From Isurus oxyrinchus (lineage: Eukaryota), in NCBI GenBank assembly GCA_026770705.1, contig JANJGN010000023.1:5828001-5892000 (forward strand): a DNA stretch of 64,000 nucleotides, given 5' to 3'. A program made the position numbers and the translations under genes. This document shows, piece after piece, positions 52,318 to 64,000 of this stretch (the stretch's first letter is position 1; each line of letters begins with the position of its first letter). The notes under the pieces are model-generated. The model saw only the letters and a program-made list of their open reading frames with translations, ran no database searches and had not been told where the DNA came from.

Positions 52318-53732
52318 GAGTACTGCACCATAAGAGAGAGTGCTGCACCACAGGAGAGAGTACTGCACCACAGCAGAGAGTACTGCACCACAGGAGAGAA
52401 TAATGCACCATAGGAGAGAATACAGCACCATTGTAGACAGTACTGCGCCACAGGAGAGAGTACTGCACCGTAGGAGGTAATACTGCACCATAGGAGATAA
52501 TACTGCACCATAGGACAGAGTACTGCACCATAGGAGAGAGTACTGCACCACGGGAAAGAACAATGCACCATAGGAGACTGTACTGGAGCATAGGAGAGAA
52601 TAATGCACCTTAGGAGACAATACTGCACCATAGGAGAGAGTACTGCACCAGAGGAGAGAGTACTGCACCATAGGATAGAGTACTGCATCATAGGAGAGAA
52701 TAATGCACCTTAGGAGAGAGTACTGCACCACAGGAGAGAATACTGAACCATAGGAGAGAATAATGCACCTTAGGAGAGAGTACTGCACCACAGGAGAGAG
52801 CACTGCACTGTAGGAGAGAGTACTGCAGCATAGGAGAGAATAATGCACCTTAGGAGAGAGTACTGGAGCATAGGAGAGAAATGCACCATAGGAGAGAGTA
52901 CTGCACCATAGGAGAGAGTACCGCACTATAGGAGAGAGTACTGCACCACAGGAGAGAGCACTGCACCGTAGGAGAGAGTACTGGAGCATCGGAGAGAATA
53001 ATGCACCTTAGGAGAGAGTACTGCACCATAGGAGAGAGTACTGCATCACAGGAGAGAGTACTGCACCACAGGAGAGAATACTGCACCATAGGAGAGAGTA
53101 CTGCACCATAGGAGAGAGTACTGCACTATAGGAGAGAGTACCGCACCACAAGAGAGAGTACTGCACAACAGGAGAGAGTACTGCACCACAGGAGAGAGTA
53201 CTGCACCGTAGGAGAGAGTACTGCACCAAAGGAGAGAATACTGCGCCATAGGAGAGAATAATGCACCATAGGAGACAGTACTGCAGCATAGGAGAGTGTA
53301 CTGCACCAAAGGAGAGAGTACTGCATCACAGGAGAGAGTACTGCACCGTAGAAGAGAATAATGCACCATAGGAGACAGTACTGCAGCAAAGGAGAGAGTA
53401 CAGCACCATAGGAGAGAGTACTGCACTATAAGAGAGAGTATTGCACCACAGGAGAGAGTACAGCACCATAAGAGAGAGTACTGCACCATAGGAGAGAGTA
53501 CTGCACCACAGGAGAGAGTACTGCACCATAGGAGAGAGTACTGCACCACAGGAGAGAGTACTGCACTATAAGAGAGAGTACTGCACCACAGGAGAGAGTA
53601 CTGCACCATAGGAGAGAGTACTGCACCGCAGGAGAGAGTACTGCACTATAAGAGAGAGTACTGCTCCACAGGAGACAGTACTGCACCATGGAGAGAATAC
53701 TGCACCGCAGGAGAGAGTACTGCGCCATAGGA
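52318..53732. repeat. 20-bp minisatellite, about 70 copies, consensus GGAGAGAGTACTGCACCAYA
   Basis: Clear 20-nt period. It accounts for all the repetitive ORFs at 52277-53868. Confidence 0.97.
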
Positions 53733-56700
53733 AAACAACAGTCTTGGAACCTGGCTGAGGTGAACTGAAACAGGCTTGAAAAAAGTCGCTATCGAAAGCA
53801 ACCAATGTTATTTCTTTTTCAGTAAGAGTATTGTCTAATTTGACCAAGCCACAGGATGTTCGGCGCACGATCAGAAGTGCTGTTCATATGTAATAGGTTT
53901 GTGAGCATTTTAAACTTTTTGCCGACCCTCTGGAGAATGATAGTCGATCTGCGCACACCAACACGGAAGCGAGTTATTTAATGAGCCTACAAATAAAGTG
54001 CCGCTATTCGGCCTCGCTTCTCCGTGTAACTGGAGTACCCACTCCGCGAAGGCTTTCATTATTTGATCTACATAGAAATAACTTCCATACAACTTTAACT
54101 CTCAAACCGATGCAGGCATAAAGATATGTGAAACCACCATTTCCGGTATTTTACTAATGTATCTTATTTTAACTATATGCGAATAATGCCCTGCCAGAAA
54201 AGAAGTGAAGAGGCTGCCTCGAAAATAAAAATCTCAATTTTCACCGATTTCACTGAAATCTTTGCATCAAACTCCCTTTTGCGAAAAATTCTGCATCTAT
54301 TTATAAAATACCCCCTTTCAGAATCTCTCAAAAAATGGGATTTTTCTCTACCTTTAATGTGAATTTTAAAATTTAATATATGTTACAATTAAGCACGGTT
54401 TGACTCAGACAAGAGGACAAATAGTATTCCACAATTACAAACATCCTAAAGTTATAGCATTCGTGAAAATATTAGGACAAATAATCCTTCGGTACTACGT
54501 GGTTTTCCAAAGAAACTGATTTTTAATCTAATCACAACATAAGGAAGAACAACTGTTTACAATAGTTTTAATCACAAAAGGTATGACATTCAAGAGCTAG
54601 ATTTTAGAAAATGGATTTGCCGGGGATAAAAGGAAAGATTCTGAATACACACAGCAGGCCAGTTCACATGGATGGTAACAAAGGACAAGTTAACTCTTCA
54701 TACACACTTGAAACTTTCGCCCAAGTTTTACTGTCCAGAGTTTGCGTGATTTTTTTGGGGTATTTCGAGCATGTTGCATTTCATTCCAATTTCTAACAAT
54801 TGCCGATCATTTTCCATTTGGATGAAGCTCTTTTGCACGAAATCAATATTTGCATTAATTCTCATAAACGGAGATAAATAACTTCTAATGTGCTGTAAAC
54901 ATGCCAAAATAACAGAGCATATCGCATTACTTAATAGGCCAGATTAATGTGACAGGCTTGTTTTTACGTTTTTAGTGGTTACCCAAGTGAGTTGAAAGAA
55001 GGCTTTAGAAATGCACAGTGCCACTGAAGTACATACACATTTTCATCGCCATTATTGTGTCGTAATATTCTAGCATGCATTGAGAAGAAACAGGGAATAT
55101 TTCAGCAAACGAGATTTACTCTCCAAAAAAAAATGAAACATTTTTGTCGAAGCTACCTTTTTTCAGCAATACTCAAGTTCTGTACTACCAAGCAACTATT
55201 CCCCCTCCCGTTAATCGGCCCACGATTTGAATTAGTTATTTACCCCTGCAAATACATTGCATAGTATGAGTTCATCTATTGGCACTCTGCGTGATTTCGA
55301 CAGGATTATAGTATTTTGAAGTGTCATTTCACAATGACATTCTACATGACTTTTAGAAAATAGAAGTATCTTGTCTACAAAACAAATTGCAGCCTTTTAA
55401 ACAACAGCTCTTGTTATGTAAGCACACTTGTCTCCAATCATTTGACTCGTTCAGAACGAACGTGCTACTTTAACCCAAAAAGCCAACAACGGGTTGGTAC
55501 ACCAGGGAGATTGGATCAGAAAATAAAGGCGGTTTCCACAATTCATGCAAGATGAACCGTTTCTTGCCCATTCCAAGAAATTCGAATAAATTCGGGTGAA
55601 TAGTGAATGAATTCATGCTCTTTTAAATTCAGCTTCGGAGGAATGTGGCTGTTCGTGACAACAGCTTTGCATTGGATGTCAAACCAGACACACAATAATT
55701 TCAACGTTGGCGAATAAAGAGGAAAAAGTGTTTCTTTTTTAATTGTAAACCGGTATCGCTGATTTTAATTTCTTTTTTTAAACAAGCAGTCAAGGCGAAA
55801 AACTAAGATCCTTAATGCACCTCACCACTAAGCCTTCAAAGAGTTAAAAAAAAGAGGAAGTCGATTAAAAGATGATAATGTGACGCCAGTACAACGTTTT
55901 AAAATCCTGAAAACGATAGAAAGGTAAATGAGGGAGGTGAGAAGTTACACGGTTCTGGAAAAGGAGGGAACTGCAACGGAAACCCGTGAATGAGTGTCGA
56001 GAATGCAGGGAGGGGGAATAGTGTCAGGAAGCACATAATTGGAGCTTAGATGAAATAAACAAGAGAACTTCATCGGTGCGATGGTCATAGCAGAGAGGCA
56101 GACAAAGACTATAAAGGACATGATGAATAAATTACTTACTGTTACTAGGTTTACATACTGGAAACAATTTAGGACAAAAGAGCCGATGTGATTCATTTTA
56201 CACCGTACAGGAATGAACTTGAATCAGCAATAGCCGGGGAAGAAGGCGTCAGCATTTACGCAATGTGCGCGCATAATATTAACTCTTGCTGCGCTCGAAT
56301 TTCGAAATCCCCGTTTGCATTGGTTGCAAAAGTCTCATTTTACATCTTAAGATGCACCTACACTATTTCTGGACTTCGGTTGTTATTTGGACTAAGTTGC
56401 ATAACCATAAATTTCTGTTTTTATTGAATAGCTTTCAACCATTAGAATATCTCTGTAGCTTGTGACACTTTCATTTTCCCACAGGTACAGATACACACAA
56501 GCTATGTTTCAATATAAACTCTCACACACAGGTACATGACGCCTTTCTCACGCACCCAAACATATACAGTCTCTCATAAATAAAAATAAGCATTCTAGCT
56601 GTCACACCTACAGATATACAGACACAACACATGCACCACATCTCACAGAAAGACCTGAAAATAGAATACACATGCTCTGTCATGCATAAAAGACATTGCT

Positions 56701-57444
56701 ATCAAAACGTGTTGCCTATCACAGACAGATAAACACATATTTGTTTCCAGTATCATTACGTAAAAGAATAAGGATAAGGATATCACCTTAAAACAAAAAA
56801 ACTGTAAAGGGAAAAATAATTAAAAATTGAACGGATGTTTTCCAGAAACGCTCACTAAGGAACACAACACATAGAGCACCCAGTTCTTCTTTCATTTCAG
56901 ATACAGGAGTTTGTAGTTAGTACGGTCGAGCTACATGCCAAGTTAAAGTAATCTGACAAATTATTTGGGACAAATGGCATGAATCCTGTGGATTTTGACG
57001 CAAACTGTAGACGAAATATGCGTCGCACAGGCTATCATCACGAACGAACCACTGGGCACTGCTGAGGTTTCGTTGGGCTGAAAGTAGTGTACGTAGTACC
57101 TAGCTTTAAAAAGGCCATTCATTATATCTGACGAAGGTAACGACAAACGCAATAGCCTAATATTAATGATGCTAAAATCATGAAAACCTTTCGAACGGTG
57201 AAACTAGAGGATTATCTGCATAGCAACAGCGCCAAAAACAAACCGCACTCGAGTTTATGTTGTATCTTATCACCTCGCAATTTCGCAATTGAATTGTCAG
57301 ACATTGCTGAACAAGTGACATACAATGAGTTACATAGCAGCACCTTTGCTGTTGTGATTTACACATATTTTAATTCGAATGAGCACGGCATAAAGAGTTA
57401 ATTTATGAGGGCAGGTTTCATTTACGTGGAAGATTGAGGGGGAT

Positions 57445-57780
57445 ACTAAACAAGGCGTTTAAATTGATTAAAGGGTTCGATAGAGCATATATATATTGTT
57501 TCATCTGGTGGGGGTAAAGAGCAGGCTAACACAAAGCATTTAAGAATGAAATCAGAAAACATTTATTCTCACAAAAAATATTGGAAATGGGAAATCTCTA
57601 ATCTAAACAATGGTGGATTCTGGGTGAATTTACATTTTCGAGACCGAGACCGAGACCGATAGATTTTTCTTGGGTGAAGGCATCAGGGGAATGGGACAAA
57701 GGCGGGGAAATGGAGTTCAACCATAACCTAATTTAAATACTCGTACCAGACTGAGGGGTTGAAAGGCCTGCTACTGTTTT
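57445..57780 (+). mobile_element. CR1-type LINE 3' end
   Basis: TTTAAATTGATTAAAGGGTTCGATAG...TTCTCACAAA...GATAGATTTTT...GAGGGGTTGAAAGGCCT.CTACTG. Confidence 0.7.
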
Positions 57781-58719
57781 GCAAACATTTCTGAATCCTC
57801 TCAAGATGTTGAAGACGTTAATAGTGAAATGCTAAGGGATTATGTATGCGGAACTCTCTGAATGCTTTTAATAACGTTCCAGACGGAAACGTCTTATTAA
57901 CCTAAAACAAACACGGGGATCAAGGGTAAAAACTGGATAAGGCGTTGGTTATAAAATAGGAAACCGGATGCTCCTTTCACCTGGGGGAAATTAGAGACAT
58001 TCCAGAGGATTGATGCTGCCAATTTACACGAATTACCTGGATATCAAAAACTATCAGGTTTGGTGAAATAGGTAAAGCAGGAGAAAGGGATTTGCAAAAA
58101 ATATTAATATTTGTTACGAAACTGAGTAGACAAATGCGAAAATAACTTGAACATCGATAACTACTAGGTATTGATTAAATATCTATTATAGTTATGCAAC
58201 ATTTGCAACTGAGCTGTCAGAATGAGAGAGGGACAATCCCTTTAGTGTTAATATTGGAAAGTTCCTGCTTTGCCGAAGTTCAAATACAACAGTATTTGGC
58301 GGCCCAAGATCTGAGCCTCCTTTTAATATGAGGTTTCGGGCTCATCCAATTGTGAACAGACTCCAGTATAACTTTGTTTTGCCTAGGTTCATAAATAAAC
58401 ATGCGCAACGTCCAGTTTCACTGCTTGTATTGAGCACCCAAAACAGGCTAGATAAAACTACAAAATAAGTAAAACTACTGGCTTATGCATTTCCATTACA
58501 TTTCGCTTTCCAATGCACCTACGCAACCATCTAAAATTAATCTGTGCATAATCGTCTATATGACTCTATTTCCTGTGCATACTCGGGATGTCTAAATCAG
58601 TCCCATTATAACTTTAGTCCATGCAACTGATTCAAATTGAGATTAGTCTTACACCATATGTGTGATCCAATTTCAGCCCTCGAAATTGACTAAGGATTGA
58701 TAGTCGACGTGCCAATCTA

Positions 58720-59160
58720 GAAGTCTAGGCAATTTTTCAAAGCAGTAATTAAGATTGTTCCGACATTCATCCAGAAGGATATCTATGGAAGTTATTCCGA
58801 GTTCTTACAATGTACAGGGCAGACGTCACTTGGAATATTGTGTTCTGGCTACAGCATCACAAAAACAGACACATGCAGTGGAGACGATGCCGAACAGAGC
58901 AAAAATAATAACTTAAAGCCTAAGCCGGATGAGCTGTGAGAGAGGGTTGGAAATACTCAAGTTCCATAATCTAGAAGGAAGAAATTAAAGCGAGACGTCA
59001 TGGAAGTGTAAAATATATTTAGTGGTAGCGATTTTATACACTAGGGACATTACTTCCAAAAGTCCAGGAAGCGAGAACGAGAGAATATATGCAATTCAAT
59101 TTATTTTTTTAAAAAGCAGAGAATTGAAAATGCAGCCTTAATCAAAGGATAATAAATGTT
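58720..59160 (+). mobile_element. Decayed CR1 RT C-terminal fragment
   Basis: CACTTGGAATATTGTGTT (HLEYCV), GTGGAGACGATGCCGAACAGAGCA, GAGAGGGTTGGAAATACT and AAGCGAGACGTCATGGAAGTG (RGDLIEV-like). Confidence 0.6.
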
Positions 59161-60682
59161 TACAATTATTTGCGAGATGATGTATAGATATTATATTATT
59201 CGATGCTGTAATGGAAAGGGTTCTTTGAATGTTTTTCTTGCCTTTAACTTGAACTATATACTACATGCTCGCACTCTGTCTCACACAGAGACATGCAAAC
59301 ACCTAGACTCTGCATAAACTAATAGCGTTTAAAGATGATCAAATATTATTTTACGTTGCAAAACCCACAATGCAAATACGATATTTCCCAGATTAGTGCA
59401 AGCAGACAATTCTATAAAAATAAACCCTTTTCATAGTGTGATTCATGTGATAAGCTGAGGCACATTTTCTCGTGTGATGACCATTCGGTTGAATTATGCA
59501 AATTTTGTACATTGCTAGAGTTTGGCTTAAAATGAGTGAAAATTGATTACATTGAAGCTTATTGTTGCCTGATTGAATCGCTGATTTTGAAAGACAATAT
59601 CCGAATAAGTCCCTATTTCCCTTGCAGCCTAAGATCCAAGGTCGGTTTTCTGCTCTCACGAGCGTTTTGCTGAAAAACAGTAATACATTCAAACAGCAGG
59701 ATACCTGATTCCTTCATGCAAAGAAAATTCATTTTTTGCTAGGGATCCAAACAAGTCGAATCTAAACTGCCCGCGTCAATGTTTAAAAATATTAAACCGA
59801 AGCTATTTTTCGTTTCACAGAAACTTTGAAGATGCTTCAGTTGCATTGAAAGTGGTTTATTGTTTACAAATAGGAACCATTATTTGCATTTCGGAAGGAA
59901 GGTGATATATTAGTTGAAGATATTGGAGAGCTAGCCAGCGTAGCTCAATTACAGATTATTTGTGAAACAGCAACTACAAAATACAGAAACGCTCCTACAG
60001 CATCAACCTTCTCAGTAGAGAAACCCACAGAGATTCAGCCTTGGCAAATCATTTAGATAAAATTCTCAAACGCTAAACATGCTAATATCACAGTATAATA
60101 ATTCGTAGATTTGAACTTGAATATTCTCCATGAAACTTCATATTCGAAACAGGTTGCTGCGTAAGCTTATTATCCAGAGATAAAAATTATTAAATGATTG
60201 TATGTGCACTATCAGAGCATAAATATTATAATAATAGAATTAAGCCTCTGATTGTCTTAAACAGTGGATTACTAAACTATATTTCTGAAAGTATTGCTCT
60301 TTAAGGATCTCCTGAGCCTATTTTCATAAACGCACGAAAAGTATAATAGTAAAGGGCGAAATATGTTTTACTTGCATTGACTTGATTGTCCTTCCTTAAT
60401 GCGTTTTTTCTTCCCCAGATATATGATTATTTCAGTCAAAATAAACCAACGAACAAAATCTGGTTTGTTTGAATTTGATTAACGAATTAGCAGGAACAGA
60501 CCCGAAAACAGTTATCAATTATGATATTATAATTTTGAGGACTAGACGAAGGGAAAAGAGGAGTGTATCCCATTAGAATCAACATTTATATCAGCGCTGT
60601 CGAAATAGTCTGCGTCTTCCACCTCACCCTGATCAATATCATGGTGAGGTGATCACTGGTCACATGCTATGAAGTTCTTTGA

Positions 60683-60697
60683 ACGGCAGAGGGCGCA
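60683..60697 (+). promoter_or_regulatory. CTCF-like motif
   Basis: ACGGCAGAGGGCGCA is a near match to the CTCF core. Confidence 0.45.
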
Positions 60698-60939
60698 CGG
60701 GTGTAACCACCTGCCAAGTTAAAGATGGGGGCAGCGACATCAAACCTACATTGTTCTTCTGTTGAAGAATTGATTTCTGACTCAAAATTCAGATTCTAAA
60801 ACGTAGAATTAACTTAAAGTCGAACTGTTCAATTCAACAGTAGCAATCAGGTTTCCTTATCGCAATAGCAATTACCTCCGCCCACCTTTAGTGGCAGAGG
60901 TAATTACAATAATCAGGACTTTAAAAATATACTTCCTTG

Positions 60940-61003
60940 GGCTTCAAGTGCTTTGGACGCTTTGAAGTTATGGAAGGAGCTATAAAAATGCAAATTCTTT
61001 CTT
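60940..61003 (+). mobile_element. SINE/L2-derived 3' tail
   Basis: AAGTGCTTTGGACGCTTTGAAGTTATGGAAGGAGCTATAAAAATGCAAATTCTTTCTT. Confidence 0.55.
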
Positions 61004-62183
61004 CCCTTCCTTATCATAATCGCGTCTGTGAATCAAGGCCCCAAGCCTTAAAATGATCGCCAAGGTGTTTAAATATTTACCTGAAAAACGCTGACAAAAG
61101 TTGAGCGGTGTACAAAGTTCATCGGGTTATTAATAAAATCTACCATTTTTTGTATATATAATTGGTGAGATTTAGAGTTTATGTTTGTGATCGCCATTAA
61201 ACTAATAGCCCCTTTGCATTATCTGTATGTGCATCGTAGCTGAGTTCCAGACAGTGGCCTTGGGGATTGTTGTTCAGGAATTCTGTCTATGTAGGTGTAT
61301 CCAGTAGAGGATTTGACCGTTTGGACTCCTCGGTAGCTGGATCATTAATTTCTGGGAGAGAAAGTGAAGTGGACGAATCTTAATTAATGGGTGAGCATTT
61401 TTCCTTACAAAAGTAATCTAATGATTAATGTAATTATATTCTCACAAATTAATTTCTCATCATCGGAGTTGTCTCCATATTTTAAATCTCCCCAGGAACT
61501 TACTCAGCCCTAGATCCTACTCAGACATCTTTTGATTCCTTGTCCTTCTACTGCAAGATAGTGATTTTTTTTGCCCAACACTGGAAAGTTTCTGTCTCAA
61601 TTTCTCCACTTTTCTGTTCTTCTCGTCCTCAAAACTCTCCTCAAGAGAGCTTACCATATGTACACGTTATAGAAACTCAAACTGCTATTTTGGAGAAAAC
61701 TAATTTGTTCATATCTATGAATGTCACAACTTTAATTGTTCAAAATGGCGCCCTATAATTCCCTTAAAGTGGCCAGAAATTCCTTAAAGATTTAGGTGGG
61801 CTTTCAATCCAATGTGCATTTGGATTGGGAATTGGGGGGCGGTGGGCGGTGGGCGGTGGGGGGTGTGAAGGAGGATTTTAAAGCACACTGTGAACGTGTG
61901 ACAAACATTTGTATAAACGCACGCCCAGAAAGGGCGTCCAATGAAGAGGATAAATATGGAAACCTTGATGAAAAACTAATCGCAATAAATTACAGTTAAC
62001 CCATGAATTCCTGTTATCGTGATTTTGTTCATAATTACCCTTTTTACAATTAAATAAGTTTGAAGCCAATATCTGAATTATTTGAATGCTATATAATCAA
62101 TCGCATCATAGTGAGCCCAGGATATAATCAAATGTGCGATAATGAAACGTTGTTGCAATTACCAATGCTATAATGAAGCATCC

Positions 62184-62371
62184 TTTTTTTAACTCATTCA
62201 CGGGATGTGGGCTTCTGGCTGGGCCTGCATTTGTTGCCCATTCCTAATTGCCCTTGAGAAGGTGGTGGTGAGTTGCCTCCTTGAACCGCTGTTGCCCATG
62301 TGGTGTAGGTACACCCACAATGCTCTTAGGGAGGGAGTTCCAGGATTTTGACCCAGCGACAGTGAAGGAAT
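62184..62371 (-). mobile_element. LINE 3'-end fragment
   Basis: T-run followed by CATTCACGGGATGTGGGC...CCTAATTGCCCTTGAGAAGGTGGTGGTGAG...CAGGATTTTGACCCAGCGACAGTGAAGGAA, a recalled abundant shark LINE end. Confidence 0.65.
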
Positions 62372-62699
62372 ATTGAACCCATGGATTCTTGGCCTAATTA
62401 AATCGTGCTACAATGAACGTTAACATTGTGAAACATGGCAATGATCGCTGTTGTATTGAAAACCAGTTTTAGTGAAACTCTGATATGGTGACTCCCTGTA
62501 CAATGAAATATTTTACAGTAAAATCTTACTATAACAACCTCGTTTTATGAAACAGTTTATATTCACCCTTTTTATGGTGAAGACTTTTTATGATCAACCC
62601 TGTTACAGTGAAATGCTGTTATAATGATCATTCTTATTACGAATGTTTAGTTTCACTTGTCTTGTTATAGTAAAATGCTGTAAAAGCAAAACTCATAAT

Positions 62700-62760
62700 C
62701 AAAAACAGAAAATGCTGGAAACACTCAGCATGTCAAACAGCATCTGTGTAAGAACAGAAG
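62700..62760 (-). mobile_element. Another fragment of the Penelope-like terminal family
   Basis: AAAAACAGAAAATGCTGGAAACACTCAGCA...CAGCATCTGTG is homologous to 26862-26910. Confidence 0.65.
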
Positions 62761-63464
62761 AATTGTGAATATCAAAATCCAATTTGGGATTTCCAGGATT
62801 TGCGTTTTTTATTCCAATAAATTTAGTTACATTAAAGGTTGCGTTAACGACCTGTTATAATGATCCTTGTTATAGTGAAATTTTACCGTAATGAAAACTG
62901 TGCAATAATAAAATGCGTTTTTAAGCGTCCCCATGAAACTTTCTCCAAAGAAGTTGTTTGAAAAATATTTTGCTGCTTTTACAGTTAATCTGAGAACTCA
63001 TTATACAACAAAGCCTTTGTTATAATGTAATACTCGCAGAATGACCATCACGGAAGAAGTCTGACTCGTAGGAACATGGCACAGAGTCAAAAACTGAAAA
63101 GGTGAAAGAAAATATCTCACTACGTTATCAGGAAGCCAATCCGAAGTAAGGAAAATTATTGCATTCTTTATTTGCTTGCGGAAATATCCTTTACTTTGTG
63201 TGCGTCAATGTTTTAAAGAACCCACTTAACGAATGGAACAAAAGTTAGCGCTGTCGTTCATGGAAAAGGCCCGGTATGTTTGTAACAGGCAATAAAGTGA
63301 AAATTACTGAAGAAGAAATTAATGGAAGGGCTCTAACAAAACATGCTAACTCTTAATCTATAAAGTGGAATTTACTAGGTATCCCAAGGCACGTGAGGCC
63401 AGCAGCCGTCTTTTCCATATCGCTCTGTTTTAGGCTAGCTGCTGTACCTCTGACCAAGTGATAT

Positions 63465-63545
63465 GGGAACATAGGAACACGAGTATGCTATTCAGCCCAT
63501 CGAGTTTGTTCCGCCGTTTAATTCAATCACGACTGATCTGTACTA
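63465..63545 (-). mobile_element. CR1 3' tail fragment
   Basis: ACATAGGAACACGAGTA.GC.ATTCAGCCCATCGAG..TGTTCCGCC...CTGATCTG. Confidence 0.65.
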
Positions 63546-63670
63546 ATTGCAAATAAACACTTTGCCTGCTACCTTTACCTTTCGAAGACAGGCGGTAGGG
63601 GTCCTGGGTGTGGAAGAGATTGCGAAGAAGTCTTAGCAAGTGTTGTCATGCGTTGTGTAGATGGTACACA

Positions 63671-64000
63671 TCTAATCGACAATGTGGAAAATTGCCCAGG
63701 TATGTCCTGTGCACGAAAATCAGGTCAAATCCAACCGGGCCAATTACCGCTCCACCAGTTTACTCTCGATCATCAGTAAAATGATGGGAGGGGCCATCAA
63801 CAGTGTTATCAAGCGACACTTGCTTAGCAATAACCTAATCACTGACGCTCGGTTTGGGTTCGGCCAGGGCCACTCAGCTCCTGACCTCATTAAAGTCTTA
63901 GTTTAAACATGTGCAAAAGAGCTGAACTCCAGAGGTGAGATGAGACTGATTGCCATTGACTTCAAGGCAGCATTTGACCGGGTGTGGCATTAAGGAGTCC
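63671..64000 (+). mobile_element. Non-LTR retrotransposon reverse transcriptase fragment (pseudogenised, runs off the window)
   Basis: WKIAQVCPVH...NYRSTSLLSIISK...FGFGQGHS...AIDFKAAFDRVWH with in-frame stops. Confidence 0.9.

Noticed and set aside
52277-53868. Long Cys/Ser/Leu-rich ORFs and a CRISPR-like look
   Set aside because: The ORFs are translations of a 20-bp tandem repeat. There are no unique spacers or cas genes, and the context is vertebrate.

Overview
Eukaryotic (vertebrate) DNA: the posterior half of a HoxB cluster on the minus strand, with HoxB7, HoxB8, HoxB9, mir-196 and HoxB10, each Hox gene having two coding exons. It is followed by about 33 kb with no recognisable intact gene, the gap toward HoxB13, which is not in the window. 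Retention of HoxB10 and the types of L2/CR1/Penelope-like repeats suggest a cartilaginous fish (inference). A local miR-196 circuit is visible: the hairpin, a full-length site in the HoxB8 3'UTR and an 8-mer in the HoxB7 3'UTR. The most unusual items are a fold-back Penelope-like element with a minimal hammerhead ribozyme motif, sense to the HoxB10 pre-mRNA inside its enlarged intron; a dense nuclear-receptor/RFX/Sox-Meis motif island in the B10-B13 gap; a 1.4-kb 20-bp minisatellite; and a very weak possible homeobox relic. No database searches were run, so family assignments come from recalled motifs.
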